64,000 nt of DNA from Minisyncoccia bacterium (GCA_041738755.1 JBGSPE010000011.1:70658-134657); one strand, 5' to 3'; shown: positions 36,152 to 46,521, counted from the stretch's first letter. Program-made: numbers and translations. Notes: generated by a model from the sequence alone, not told the origin.

Positions 36152-36988
36152 ATTCTTCTTCGTCTGCTGTGCTAATAAGTGTACTTATACCCGCATATCC
36201 GCGTGATGCTGGATTATCCAAGATCTTCTGCGCTGCTTCAAACGGATCCTTATCGTCGAGTCTCTTCGCTTCAAGTATGGCAGTCAACCTACCATACCAA
36301 TTCGCATTCTCGTACTCGCTATTTGACGTCTGAATTTTATGAATAGCATCAACAAGAGCTGGGAAAACTATGGCGCTGTGAAGTATGCCCTGAACTGGCT
36401 TCTGTCCGCGTACCTCGAGGTAGTTCCGCCAATCAACCTTAGACAGAACAATAGTGATTTTTTCTGTTTCGTAATCAATCTGCATCGGACCCTCGTGTTG
36501 TGTACCTTCCATGATTGACATGAATGAAGAGACAGGGGGACGTAGTGGATCAAATGCCTTTTCCGCAATAAATGATGCTTGTCCTCCTACAGCTAGAATT
36601 TCTCCAGCCTCAATGTTAAAAGTTTCACCCTCGTAGTCGGAGTGCGGTTCTGTTGGACGATACCCTTTAATGTTTTGGTCCGCACAGATTGAGAAAGTAA
36701 CAGTGACGCGTTCACGGAGCATCTTGGAAGGAATGGTCATTTTGTCATCAAGTTTACGCGTTGAAAAACTCCTGCGGAAGAATGTGCTTCGACACTCAAC
36801 TTCGATTGTGAATGAGGCCTTTTCTTTCTTCAATAATTCCTCTATTCCGCCGTTCTTCAAAGAGAATGACGGGCTGAGTGTTACCGCGTCTCGGCCAAGT
36901 TCGTACGGTAACTCCACTTTGAAGAAGCCCCGAGGTCATCCCCGTTGCTGAGTACCGGATGTGGATATGATTTAGTGTTAACCTTCAT
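36144..36988 (-). pseudogene. Conserved hypothetical protein with apparent 1-nt frameshift near its 5' end
   Basis: ATG 36988 gives MKVNTKSYPHPVL...DDLG; frame joins the 257-aa ORF (GFFKVELPY) only if the G4 run (cccc at 36928-36931) were G5. Confidence 0.7.
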
Positions 36989-38876
36989 ATGTTTCTATGC
37001 CGAGAGCATACTTATTCGCTGACGGAAGCTTAACCGCAAGCTTTAATGTTTCTCCGACTTTGACAATTAGACCTTTTATAATCGAGTCGCCGATTTCGTA
37101 TACTTTTCCGCTCTTTACATCTTTAGCCGATACAATATCCACTGGGTAACTACCATCATCGCCGACAGCGACTATACGTATAGAACCTTCACAGTCTTCA
37201 TGCCCAGTAATAGCTAGGCGGTATTCCATTCCATTTTTCGAATCATGTACGAAACTACGAAATGAAATGGATGATGTTTTGATTCTCATACCATCGTCTG
37301 TTCCGGACTTTGCTCCAGTCTCACGACTACGAGTACCACTACCCGGGCCTTCTGGTGGTACATGTATCACTTTATCTTGTTGCTTATTTGTCACAATGCT
37401 CTTACGTGTAACCGAGCTTGTATCAGCAATGTCCGCATCGCGATCTGCACCAATTTCCCGACCTGACTCTATGCCGGTTGACATACCAGTCTCTTCAAGA
37501 GCCTCACTACCATCAGAAGGCATGTAATCACGCTCTTCGCTGTCAGGAAGATAGCGGTCAAGTCCAGGGATATCCTCAGGCTCACTTGTCAGCGACTCAG
37601 CCATAGTCTTCAGCGACTGTTTTATAAATAAATCAAGCTCTCTAAGAGCCGCCGGTCCCTTGGAGGAACGTGCGTGATCCCACTTATCATGCGCGGGTGG
37701 TTCTATGTCACGAAGTATTTCATTGCCACGATCATCTTCACAAATAAAGACTCCTGAGTACGGTTCTCGCAAAACTCGATATGCTTTCTCCTGTACGAGC
37801 ATCTTTGGCTTACGCACCATCATGACTCTGCTAGGATAGCCGTCGTTTTTACGAACGTATAACTTGACCTTACCTAGATTTCGCAGGTCTTGTTCAAATA
37901 TATTGCTCGACGGGCTGGTTACCGCATCAAAATGGAAACGAGCATCCCCAACATCATAATCTTCAAAGCATTGCTGAAGATTGTCTTTAGTAATTACTAG
38001 CTCTCCACCATCACGAATGGTAACTTCTAGGTTACCGTGAAGAATGGTCAGCCAAAAATTATGTAGCACCGATTTAATAAGTTTCTCTTCCCATTCTGGA
38101 CCAGCATCGTATCCCATAATGAATATATCTGTACCGCGCTCTTCGCGTTTGAACAAAGAAGGAACGATATCGGCCTGCCTGATTGCTTTATATCCTTCAA
38201 CTCCAAAAAATCCAACACCCTGGCGTACATCCTTCTTTTCATTGTGATGACTAACGAGGCGAGCCTTTCCTTGGCAAACGAGTTCATTTTTGTCATTGAT
38301 GCTTGAATAGAAAACCGTACGTAGCAAGGACGCAGCAATAGGCGCACCTTTGCCGATACCGAAAGAACCTCCCCCCACTCCCTTAAAGTTACTGGTACCT
38401 GCAGCACGTACGAGACGGTACCAATTCCCTTCAACTTCCGAGTCCCCTCCTGAAAGTCCCTTGGTATTGAAATCACTGATTTTAAGAACAGGTAGTTTGT
38501 TACTTTTAAGAAGGGCGATAGCGTCTTTGAAGAATTTTTCGGCTTTTTCCTGACCTTTCACGAAGACAAGACACTGATGCATACGCCTAAGCAACTCGTC
38601 CCGACCCGGCACATCTTTAGGATTCACTGTCAGCCGTTCAAATACCACTGATACCGGTACATTGTATTCTAAGCGTGCATCTATAGAGTTTTGAATCGCC
38701 TCACGAGCGATATATTTCTCATGATCACCTTGGAAATATTCTAGAAGTGAGTCGGAAAATCCGTGATTCTCACCATGATCTGTGCTCGGGAAAAACCAAC
38801 AGAGATCTGCACTCTTCTTTTCTTCCTCCTTCGTTACTTTTTTTATTGAGGCCTTCTTTTGGTGTTTGGTTGGCAT
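36978..38876 (-). CDS. GHKL (HATPase/MORC-like) ATPase-domain protein
   Basis: REAIQNSIDA (N box), ISDFNTKGL (G1), GGSFGIGK (G2) and GTDIFI. Confidence 0.75.
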   Translation of the reverse strand: MPTKHQKKASIKKVTKEEEKKSADLCWFFPSTDHGENHGFSDSLLEYFQGDHEKYIAREAIQNSIDARLEYNVPVSVVFERLTVNPKDVPGRDELLRRMHQCLVFVKGQEKAEKFFKDAIALLKSNKLPVLKISDFNTKGLSGGDSEVEGNWYRLVRAAGTSNFKGVGGGSFGIGKGAPIAASLLRTVFYSSINDKNELVCQGKARLVSHHNEKKDVRQGVGFFGVEGYKAIRQADIVPSLFKREERGTDIFIMGYDAGPEWEEKLIKSVLHNFWLTILHGNLEVTIRDGGELVITKDNLQQCFEDYDVGDARFHFDAVTSPSSNIFEQDLRNLGKVKLYVRKNDGYPSRVMMVRKPKMLVQEKAYRVLREPYSGVFICEDDRGNEILRDIEPPAHDKWDHARSSKGPAALRELDLFIKQSLKTMAESLTSEPEDIPGLDRYLPDSEERDYMPSDGSEALEETGMSTGIESGREIGADRDADIADTSSVTRKSIVTNKQQDKVIHVPPEGPGSGTRSRETGAKSGTDDGMRIKTSSISFRSFVHDSKNGMEYRLAITGHEDCEGSIRIVAVGDDGSYPVDIVSAKDVKSGKVYEIGDSIIKGLIVKVGETLKLAVKLPSANKYALGIETYEG

Positions 38877-38880
38877 GTTA

Positions 38881-39096
38881 TTAAAGTTTGAATTCTTTAT
38901 CACGGTTAGGGAAGGTGAATTTTGATTTCGCTTCTCTAATCTTTTTTTCTATTTCAGAAAAAATCTTATTCACCTCATCCTCAGTGTAATCGTAATGGCT
39001 ACGGTTCGCACAGTTGGCCAGTATTTTCACACGTCGAAGCACCTCATTTGTCCGAGTAGTAGCAAGCCTCTTAAAATTTTCTCTCCTGTCATCCAT
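38881..39096 (-). CDS. Small helical protein of a type often found next to R-M genes
   Basis: RENFKRLA..RTN..L...LANCANRSHYDYTEDEV..IF; first gene of the GHKL operon. Confidence 0.75.
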   Translation of the reverse strand: MDDRRENFKRLATTRTNEVLRRVKILANCANRSHYDYTEDEVNKIFSEIEKKIREAKSKFTFPNRDKEFKL

Positions 39097-39202
39097 AGAT
39101 AATATATATCATAGGACAATACATTATGTCAAATAGTAGTCTATTTACATAAAATAACGTTCATTTAGAAATTGGTTATTTGGCAGTTCTTTTAGGACCA
39201 CC

Positions 39203-40177
39203 TCACGATTCAAGGGCAATACGAATATTTTCTGCAATTCTAGAAATAACAGGAACAGTTACTGAATTACCGACCTGCTTGTAAAGATGTGAGTTCGCCT
39301 GGTCTTTAGGCAGTTTGAACGACTCGGGAAATCCTTGGAGACGGGCGCATTCGCGCGGAGTGAGTTTTCTAATTCCTTTTGCATCTCTAATGATCGGCAC
39401 ATTATGGCCACCCATACCCATACTCGCTGTAAGTGTCGGAGCCATGCCATTCTTGAGTTCGCGAACGTATACGCGACGATATTGGTAGAACCGATCGCGG
39501 TGCTTTACAGCTTTCTTTACCCTGTCGTATATCTCGCCATAGCGCTTATCATAATAGAATTCATCTCCTACATTCTTTTCCAAAATGTTAGACATTTTCT
39601 TCGTGAGCACTATCTCATCTGGAAAGCGGAACTTCATAAGTGTCCTCGGCGAACGGAACGCGACAATATAAATTCGCTCTCTAGATTGCGGAACGTTGCC
39701 GTGCGTCGAACTATTGAGAACTTGTGCCTTCATGTAGTAACCAGCATTTTTTAATTCCTCTTCTATCCGCTTGAAGGTTTTTTCATCGTCGTGATTCATG
39801 AGGTGCTTTACGTTCTCGAGGAATACCGCATCTGGCTTCCGACTTTTGAGAATATCAATCACCGCGAACAGTGCATTACCTCTGTTCTTAACATCTTTAA
39901 ATCCCTGCTTATTGCCAGCAACAGAGAATGGTTGACAAGGAAAGCCTCCGAGAAGAATGTCAAAACGCTTAGGTACTTTCTTCATATCTGAATCCTTAAT
40001 CACCTCAAAAAGATCTCGATTGTCTAATTCGCCAAAATTAAGCTTATATGTTTCGGCAGCATGCTTATCAAAATCATTCGAGTAAGCTATTTCAAAACCC
40101 GCAGATTCAAATCCAATACGAATGCCACCGATACCGGCAAACAAGTCAATCGCCTTTAAATTCTTTTTACGCGCCAT
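39203..40177 (-). CDS. DNA (cytosine-5)-methyltransferase
   Basis: DLFAGIGG (I), GFPCQPFS (IV), ENV (VI), QSRERIY (VIII) and YKQVGNSV (X). Confidence 0.97.
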   Translation of the reverse strand: MARKKNLKAIDLFAGIGGIRIGFESAGFEIAYSNDFDKHAAETYKLNFGELDNRDLFEVIKDSDMKKVPKRFDILLGGFPCQPFSVAGNKQGFKDVKNRGNALFAVIDILKSRKPDAVFLENVKHLMNHDDEKTFKRIEEELKNAGYYMKAQVLNSSTHGNVPQSRERIYIVAFRSPRTLMKFRFPDEIVLTKKMSNILEKNVGDEFYYDKRYGEIYDRVKKAVKHRDRFYQYRRVYVRELKNGMAPTLTASMGMGGHNVPIIRDAKGIRKLTPRECARLQGFPESFKLPKDQANSHLYKQVGNSVTVPVISRIAENIRIALES

Positions 40178-40246
40178 AATAATTTCCTTACATTATAGCT
40201 TTTTTCATAAAATTTCGCTGCAGTCGTTATCAAGACAGCTAACACT

Positions 40247-41566
40247 TTATATGCTCAACTTTTTACCTTGCATAAAGATAGTCGAACTAAAGCAGGAAAT
40301 CACGTCCCGCTTCTCCTCCATCGTTCCATCTTTAAGTAGGAACTTCACATAATCCTTCACATCAATGTCGCTCACAGCCACGTCCGACCTCTCCCCTAAC
40401 AGTGACCTGTGAAATTTCTTGTATCTGATTACCTCAGCCTCAACTTTCTTTTTAACTCTCGTCTCGTTGAGATTTGCCGTATCGATGAGCTTTTGAAGTT
40501 ATGTTATTAGGTCATCTTCATTGATGTAGCCACACGGACAATGCGGGTCTCTTGCTTTCGTACATCCGTAATAGACATGAGTCTTTATAGTCCCGTTCTT
40601 ATGCTTCTTATACTTTGCATCAGCACTAATGCCAGATCCACATAGCCCGCATGTCATGAGTTTAGTAAATGCAAACTCTTTATCTTGTCGTGTCTTTAGT
40701 TCATTACCTTTAAGCTGTACTTGAACAAGGTCGTAAAGTTCTTTTGTTATGAGTGGTTTGTGTTTACCCTGATACCAGTTCCCGCTGTCTCTTGGGTATT
40801 CAAAGACGCCATAGTAGAAGTGATTCTCAAGCAAGCGGTAAATGTTACCAAGACTGAGTGGCTTCTTACTTGGAAGAGCTTTAAAGTTAAGGTCAAACTT
40901 AAGCCAGTGATACAGCTTTCTCCCACTCCACTTATCGTACGCTACTTTTTCAAACATCTGCTTCACAACATGTCCTCTTTCAGGATCGATTAGCGTCTCG
41001 CACTTTCGATCCATTCGTTTTTCTTTTAAGTACCCAGTCGGCGCTGGTGCGGGCCAGAGTCCCATTTCAACTCGTGTCTTTAAACCTCGCTTCACATTGA
41101 TACTTTTGTTGTCGTTCTCGAGCTTTGCCTGAGAACAGAGAATCATTAGTAGAAACTTTTCACTTGGTGTATTTGTGAACGTCTGTCCATACGTTCGTAT
41201 CTCGTGTAGCAAATGTTGATCCATAAGGTCTACGAGTGATCCTAAGTCACCAGCATTACGGCTAAGGCGATCTGGATGCCAAACAATAATCCCGTTAAAT
41301 CTTTCTCTTCGAATGTCCTCCAGTATTTCTTTAAAAACAGGACGTTGTCCAGAGTCTTTCGCAGAATGTGACTCTCTTCGTATCTCTACTATGTCCAACC
41401 CCTCACGTTCAGCGATAGCAAGCATCTCTTTAACCTGTGAATCAATTGAGAGCGCTTGCTTCTCATCAGATTCGGTAGATTTTCTAGCGTAGAGCAAATA
41501 TTTAACAGGTACTTTTGGTACCTCAGTTTTAACCCCAAAGTTGTTCATCATCTGTGTTTCCATCAT
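40247..41566 (-). pseudogene. Large serine recombinase with internal TAA at 40499-40501
   Basis: YARKS, SAK.SG.RP, DRLSRN, recombinase domain and CxxC...YYGC zinc ribbon; frame stays open 83 codons after the TAA. Confidence 0.85.
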
Positions 41567-41902
41567 TAATTAATGACAGAACCATGTATGGTGCAAAGCT
41601 ATGCAGAACTAGGTAAACGTCGCATACTCCTCCTTAAGACTTAGCAAAACAGCAAACGTGCGATAGGGTGAAAACGGTAGCAAAAACTGTTATTATGTTC
41701 GTTACAACACCTAAACCAGATAGTAATTTCTGGCATGGTGCAAAGAAATCCTACGCAAATAGAAACGGCCACATAAGCCGGCACTTATTTGCGTAGGTTC
41801 GCTCTCGAAAGGGAGCGGGATAATTCCGAAAGGAGTTGTCGTCGGTCTTGTGTGGCCATTTGTGTTACCAAGATTTTATAAATAAAACCTACGCAAAAAA
41901 AT

Positions 41903-42112
41903 ATGAACAAATGGGAATACAAAGTTATCACTCCTAAAATGGAGGGTTGGATTAAGAAGAAGGTGTCAGCAGACACCTTCGACGAATTGAATGAGTTAGG
42001 TATTCAGGGGTGGGAGTTAATTAACGTTGTGCCTGTGACAGCAAATACGGGTACGAGCTGGGGCGGTACTACAGCGTCATTTGTGTTTTTCCTCAAACGG
42101 ACTCTTTCTTAA
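41903..42112 (+). CDS. DUF4177-like small protein
   Basis: KWEYKV...LNELG.QGWEL...FFLKR. Confidence 0.85.
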   Translation: MNKWEYKVITPKMEGWIKKKVSADTFDELNELGIQGWELINVVPVTANTGTSWGGTTASFVFFLKRTLS

Positions 42113-42488
42113 GCTTCATAAATTTAGCAAGCATATCTTCCATAGTCTTCAATTCACCCTCGTCTAACTTGTCTGGTGGAGGCTGTTTGGATATAGGTAC
42201 ATTATCTGATTGTGGTTTATAACTCGGATGTCGGTGTTGGAGCCAAAAGCGTACAGCTGCCCAGTTTTTCTCTTGAGCCATCCTCAGTAACTGACTCTCA
42301 GTCATATCGTTCATGTTAGCAATACCTTCCTGCATCGCCTTATCCATTTCAAGTTCAAATCCATGGTCCTCACGACACCAACGGTAAACAGTTTGCCTAG
42401 CAATACCGACTATTTTGCAGGCATTCAAGACATTGGGTACTTTCCGAAGCTCATCGAGGAATTGCTTCGAGTACTTAGGCTTTTTCAT
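42093..42488 (-). CDS. HTH protein, terminase small subunit/phBC6A51-like
   Basis: FLDELRKVPNVLNACKIVGIARQTVYRW...ESQLL...AVRFWL. Confidence 0.7.
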   Translation of the reverse strand: MKKPKYSKQFLDELRKVPNVLNACKIVGIARQTVYRWCREDHGFELEMDKAMQEGIANMNDMTESQLLRMAQEKNWAAVRFWLQHRHPSYKPQSDNVPISKQPPPDKLDEGELKTMEDMLAKFMKLKKESV

Positions 42489-43755
42489 AATAGCCTTTAA
42501 TTATCTCCGCCTTTTTGCCTGTCAGCTTCTCGTACCTATTGATTGCCAGTTGGCAAAAGATGGGCTCAATCTCAGTGGCATACACTCGACGCTTCAACTG
42601 TTCAGCCGCAATCATGGTACTCGCTGATCCAGAAAATGAATCAAGGATAATATCGCCTGGCCTAGAACAGCGTTTGATAGCTTTTTCGTGTAATGTCGGT
42701 GGTTTAGAGGTGGCGTGTTCGTAGTCCTTAGAATTGAGTCGTTTTGCACTCCAAACGTTTGTAACGTCTTCTAGCAGCTCGTTGCCAGTACCTAGCTCCT
42801 TATTCATTATCTCGTTAGCGTTACGCACTTGGTCAGACAAGAATGGTGAACCCGTAGTGCCATAGACGCAGAACTCAGTCACTTTGTTGAAAGCTACGGT
42901 AGGGGTCGGGGAAGCGTTATTCTTCAGCCATAAATTTAGACGGCGGTTTTTGATACCCAGCTCGTTATAGAGAGTTTGGAATACCCACACCCACGCCTCA
43001 TCACACCAATAAAAGTAGTGTGCATCAGGTTGTGTTACCGACATTGCTGCTTTGAGTGACTTCTCAATAAAGGACTTATACTCACTAGCAGTTTTATTAT
43101 CATCTACCGTACCGCCATAGTTTTGCTTATTCCCAACGCCTTTGTCATAGCTTAAACCAATATTATAGATTGGGTCGCTATAGACCATGGCGGCTTTGTC
43201 TCCATTAAACAGCGCCTTAAGCGCATCAGGGTCAAGAGCATCGGCACAAAGGAGTTTATGGTCACCAAGGATAATCAGATCACCTAGCTCTATATCAGTC
43301 TCCTTAATTTTCTTTATCTCCTTGTCTGGATTAAACGTGTCGCCTTTAACTTCTACTTCCGCGTCCCAGAACTTACTCAACTCAACTTGGTCAAATCCTA
43401 TATCAGTTAGTAGCTCAAGACCAAAGTCTTTGAGTAACTCGTAGTCCCAGTCACCAGTTACAGCGTTAGAAGTGATGAGATACTGTCGGTACTCATCTTC
43501 TGTTAGCTTACGATTAGGAACTCGTACATCAATTACTTCTTTACCTCGTCCCAGTAACTGCATCACCTTTAGTCGTTGGTGACCAGCCACTATTCGACCA
43601 TCAGTATCAATCACAGGGATTTCAACTAGGTTGAACTTGGTAAAACTTTTCTTCAGGTCAGATAATTGCTTTGAGCTAATAGTACGAGGGTTCTTCTCAT
43701 ACGGTATTAGCGTATCGACAACACGGGTTTCCGTGTGCCATGAAAGAGTGTTCAT
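42475..43755 (-). CDS. ParB-like N-terminal domain + N4/N6 DNA methyltransferase
   Basis: LIPYEKNPR, AGHQR, SDPIYN, HATSKP and LDSFSGSAST. Confidence 0.9.
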   Translation of the reverse strand: MNTLSWHTETRVVDTLIPYEKNPRTISSKQLSDLKKSFTKFNLVEIPVIDTDGRIVAGHQRLKVMQLLGRGKEVIDVRVPNRKLTEDEYRQYLITSNAVTGDWDYELLKDFGLELLTDIGFDQVELSKFWDAEVEVKGDTFNPDKEIKKIKETDIELGDLIILGDHKLLCADALDPDALKALFNGDKAAMVYSDPIYNIGLSYDKGVGNKQNYGGTVDDNKTASEYKSFIEKSLKAAMSVTQPDAHYFYWCDEAWVWVFQTLYNELGIKNRRLNLWLKNNASPTPTVAFNKVTEFCVYGTTGSPFLSDQVRNANEIMNKELGTGNELLEDVTNVWSAKRLNSKDYEHATSKPPTLHEKAIKRCSRPGDIILDSFSGSASTMIAAEQLKRRVYATEIEPIFCQLAINRYEKLTGKKAEIIKGYYEKA

Positions 43756-44156
43756 GAGCGTATAGTTACGCGAATAAAATTGCATATAGTGCCTGCCTAT
43801 TTCTAGACCCGGACTTTTTTCACAAATTTCATCGCGACCATTAACTTACGTCATGATCGTTACTTAGACGATATACCTACTGGGCTGTAATTGGAAGAGT
43901 ACACAGTTGTACACCTTGTGGATAGCCGAGTAACAAAACGAAACAAAAAAGTTACAGGGTACTGTAACTTGAGAAGTGAAAAATCTGTCACTTTTGTCAC
44001 TTTTTAATGAGCACGAGACCCTTCGATTTATGAACCTCGGAAGTAGCAAAACGGCCAAGCCCTGCTTGACGGCTCACGGTTCTAGCACGAGACGGCCCGC
44101 TCATTGAAAATGCACCCATCTTGGGTGCTATTTTCTAGAGTGGAGAGGATTAAACT

Positions 44157-45017
44157 TTACAAATCAGACTGTGAAGTCCATACGGTTGTAGTTGTGGTTT
44201 TCACTGAACCGTTGGCACTAGTGACAGTTTCCGTTCTAGATGATCCACCAGTATCTCTAAAACTATTATGTTGGTCGGTAAGCTCACTATTAAAGACCTT
44301 CTCAAATACTGTACCAACTGTATATGGGGCGATTTTTTTACGAAGATTTAAGTTAACTTCAATGAATTTATAAAATAAACCTTTTTCACCTGGTTTGCGA
44401 TGTTCAGAAATATGGAAATAAGCATCAAAAGTAGTTTTAAAAGTAAGGAGTAATATTGCTGGCAATAAATCAACAAACGTCGCAGTTTCACCAGCACTTG
44501 CTAGTGAATTAATCACATCTGGTAAAAATACAATTACCATTACATGTGTAAATATAACTCTTTTAAAGGGTGTGAAAATCGCATTAAAAGAAGCATCAAA
44601 TTTTTCATATTCTTTACTAAGCAGAAAGTTTGTGACGTATGATATACCGTGGCTTGCAAGTAAGGTACCAATTATTATCGATAGATCTGAGACGTTTATA
44701 CCGAGATTCTGGTACCCACTAAAGTAAAATATAGCAAATAAAACCAAGCCATGAACTAAGCTAAAACCCCCAAAAAAGATGATAAAGAACGTAGAATCTT
44801 TATTCTGTACAGCCGTATTGGAAGACCTTTCGATTTTCTTTAACTTAAGTAAGGAGAATAAAAGTACGATAAGATTTTCAAACCAGTACGCAACTATAAT
44901 TGTCGTAATATCCCAGCCAAGGAAAACGAAACCGTAGATAGTAAATACATTTGCTGCAATTAAGCTTGAAAGCGCGTAGCCATTAGAAACATGTAACATA
45001 CATAATAAGTATAACAA
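44157..45017 (-). CDS. DUF6498-like membrane protein
   Basis: LIAAN...GW...YWFEN..., HG..L and PFKRV..H. Confidence 0.7.
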   Translation of the reverse strand: MLYLLCMLHVSNGYALSSLIAANVFTIYGFVFLGWDITTIIVAYWFENLIVLLFSLLKLKKIERSSNTAVQNKDSTFFIIFFGGFSLVHGLVLFAIFYFSGYQNLGINVSDLSIIIGTLLASHGISYVTNFLLSKEYEKFDASFNAIFTPFKRVIFTHVMVIVFLPDVINSLASAGETATFVDLLPAILLLTFKTTFDAYFHISEHRKPGEKGLFYKFIEVNLNLRKKIAPYTVGTVFEKVFNSELTDQHNSFRDTGGSSRTETVTSANGSVKTTTTTVWTSQSDL

Positions 45018-45067
45018 TGATTATGTGCTATCTGCCTTACGTACTAACGTTTTAGATTGCTACATTC

Positions 45068-45964
45068 CTAGCTTTTATATTCCACCGCAAACTTCTGGAC
45101 CGTGTGATTAATTTGCTCACGCAATTTGAGACTAGCTTTTTTGGTCGGTGCCTCGAGTGAAAAGACGATATCATCTTTCGTATTTTCCTTTACGTATAAC
45201 TTACACTTATCAAGTTCAAACGTGTTTGGATATTGTATATCCAGGTGCTTTAGGAGGGCTTGCTCAAACGGATCCACTGCAGTGAGTTGCGCCCGGAGCA
45301 TGCGAAACTCAGTGTTAATTCTTTTTGGCTTTAGTTTACTAAAATTCACCACTTCTTTGGCGTGAATTACCGTGTTAGGAATAAAAAGCACATCACCTGA
45401 TTCAGTCTTCAGTTGAACACTGGAGAAAGTCACGTTTCGGATTACTCCTTTTGGCATATCCCCTACTTGAATATAGTCCCCGATTTCATAATCAACAGAA
45501 AACATAATTGAAAATCCAAACAGGAAGTTTTTGATAAAGTCTTGGAAGATAATAGTGAGTGCAACTGCAACAAGCGCAATCGAACTTAAGAAACTTCGAA
45601 ACTCAATATCAAAGACTACAAAGATAAAAGCGACCGTAGCAAAACCCGTAAGAGCATTCACCAGAGCGTTCACACCGACCGTAAAATTATCGTGCTCCTC
45701 GGTTGAAATATTGCGCCGCCGACGGTGGCCAGAGACAACTAGAATACGAATGATATTAATACTGATATTTGTTATCAGGGTATACAGAACCACCCAAAAG
45801 GTTTGGAGTGCATAAGGTATCTCAACGAGAAGTGGGTGAGCAAACCATTTAAACACTGCCAGGGTAGCTAGCAAAACAATCGACAGCACAAATTGTTGCT
45901 TTCGATGGGCTGATACCAGGGATGATTGGAGTGTGATTGTTTGCAAAAATTGTTTCATTATCAT
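45068..45964 (-). CDS. MscS family mechanosensitive channel
   Basis: TMs, FQDFIKNFL.G, YEIGDYI and IPN...VVNFS. Confidence 0.88.
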   Translation of the reverse strand: MIMKQFLQTITLQSSLVSAHRKQQFVLSIVLLATLAVFKWFAHPLLVEIPYALQTFWVVLYTLITNISINIIRILVVSGHRRRRNISTEEHDNFTVGVNALVNALTGFATVAFIFVVFDIEFRSFLSSIALVAVALTIIFQDFIKNFLFGFSIMFSVDYEIGDYIQVGDMPKGVIRNVTFSSVQLKTESGDVLFIPNTVIHAKEVVNFSKLKPKRINTEFRMLRAQLTAVDPFEQALLKHLDIQYPNTFELDKCKLYVKENTKDDIVFSLEAPTKKASLKLREQINHTVQKFAVEYKS

Positions 45965-46068
45965 AAGCCTACCGTGTTATGTGAGACGATGCTAGAGGAG
46001 AATTATTACAAGGTATACAAAAACACCCACATAAGTGAGTGTTTTGTCTTCTCAGACAACCGAGCTAG

Positions 46069-46521
46069 TTACTGTGCAACACACTCTCGATACGTCACCT
46101 GACCTTGTTCAGTCAAAGTCGCCTGTCCGTTGTTTTCCGTGTAAATAATACTCCCATCTACCGTTGAGTACTTTGCCCCGTCTGGGGTAATGTCTTGCGG
46201 TAGTACATATGAGACTTCGGGAGAAATAATTACAGTTAAAGCATTTGAACCCAGGTCATACTTTGTAATAATAGACTTTCCATCAGCGCAGTTAAATTTA
46301 TTATCAATTGTCTGCCCACTTGGCTCAAGGGGTGCTCGCTCTACCAATTCGCCACTTTCATTGAGTATCATTGAACTATCGATTGGTTTTGGAGTTGCTG
46401 CTACCACAATTACCAATACTGCAACCGAGAGCACCAGTGCAATAGCGCCACCGATAGCAATGAACGGTTCGTTCTTTATAAGTTTTTTCAAAGTGTTCAT
46501 ATTTTTAGTATTAATTTTCAA
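46069..46521 (-). CDS. MliC-like (lysozyme inhibitor) domain protein
   Basis: TM, FNCADGK, LPQ...DGAKY and C-terminal Cys. Confidence 0.75.
   Translation of the reverse strand: MKINTKNMNTLKKLIKNEPFIAIGGAIALVLSVAVLVIVVAATPKPIDSSMILNESGELVERAPLEPSGQTIDNKFNCADGKSIITKYDLGSNALTVIISPEVSYVLPQDITPDGAKYSTVDGSIIYTENNGQATLTEQGQVTYRECVAQ

Larger units (their letters stand above)
33414..44094. mobile_element. Genomic island downstream of tRNA-Ser (serine recombinase, ParB-MTase, defence-like cargo)
   Basis: 13-bp direct repeat CTAGCACGAGACG at 33414-33426 and 44082-44094; recombinase and methylase content. Confidence 0.72.

Noticed and set aside
40499-40501. Stop-codon reassignment explaining the recombinase stop
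   Set aside because: TAA, TAG and TGA all end normal genes in this window; a single nonsense change or sequencing error is simpler
33414-44094. Complete prophage
   Set aside because: No capsid, portal, large terminase, tail or lysis genes
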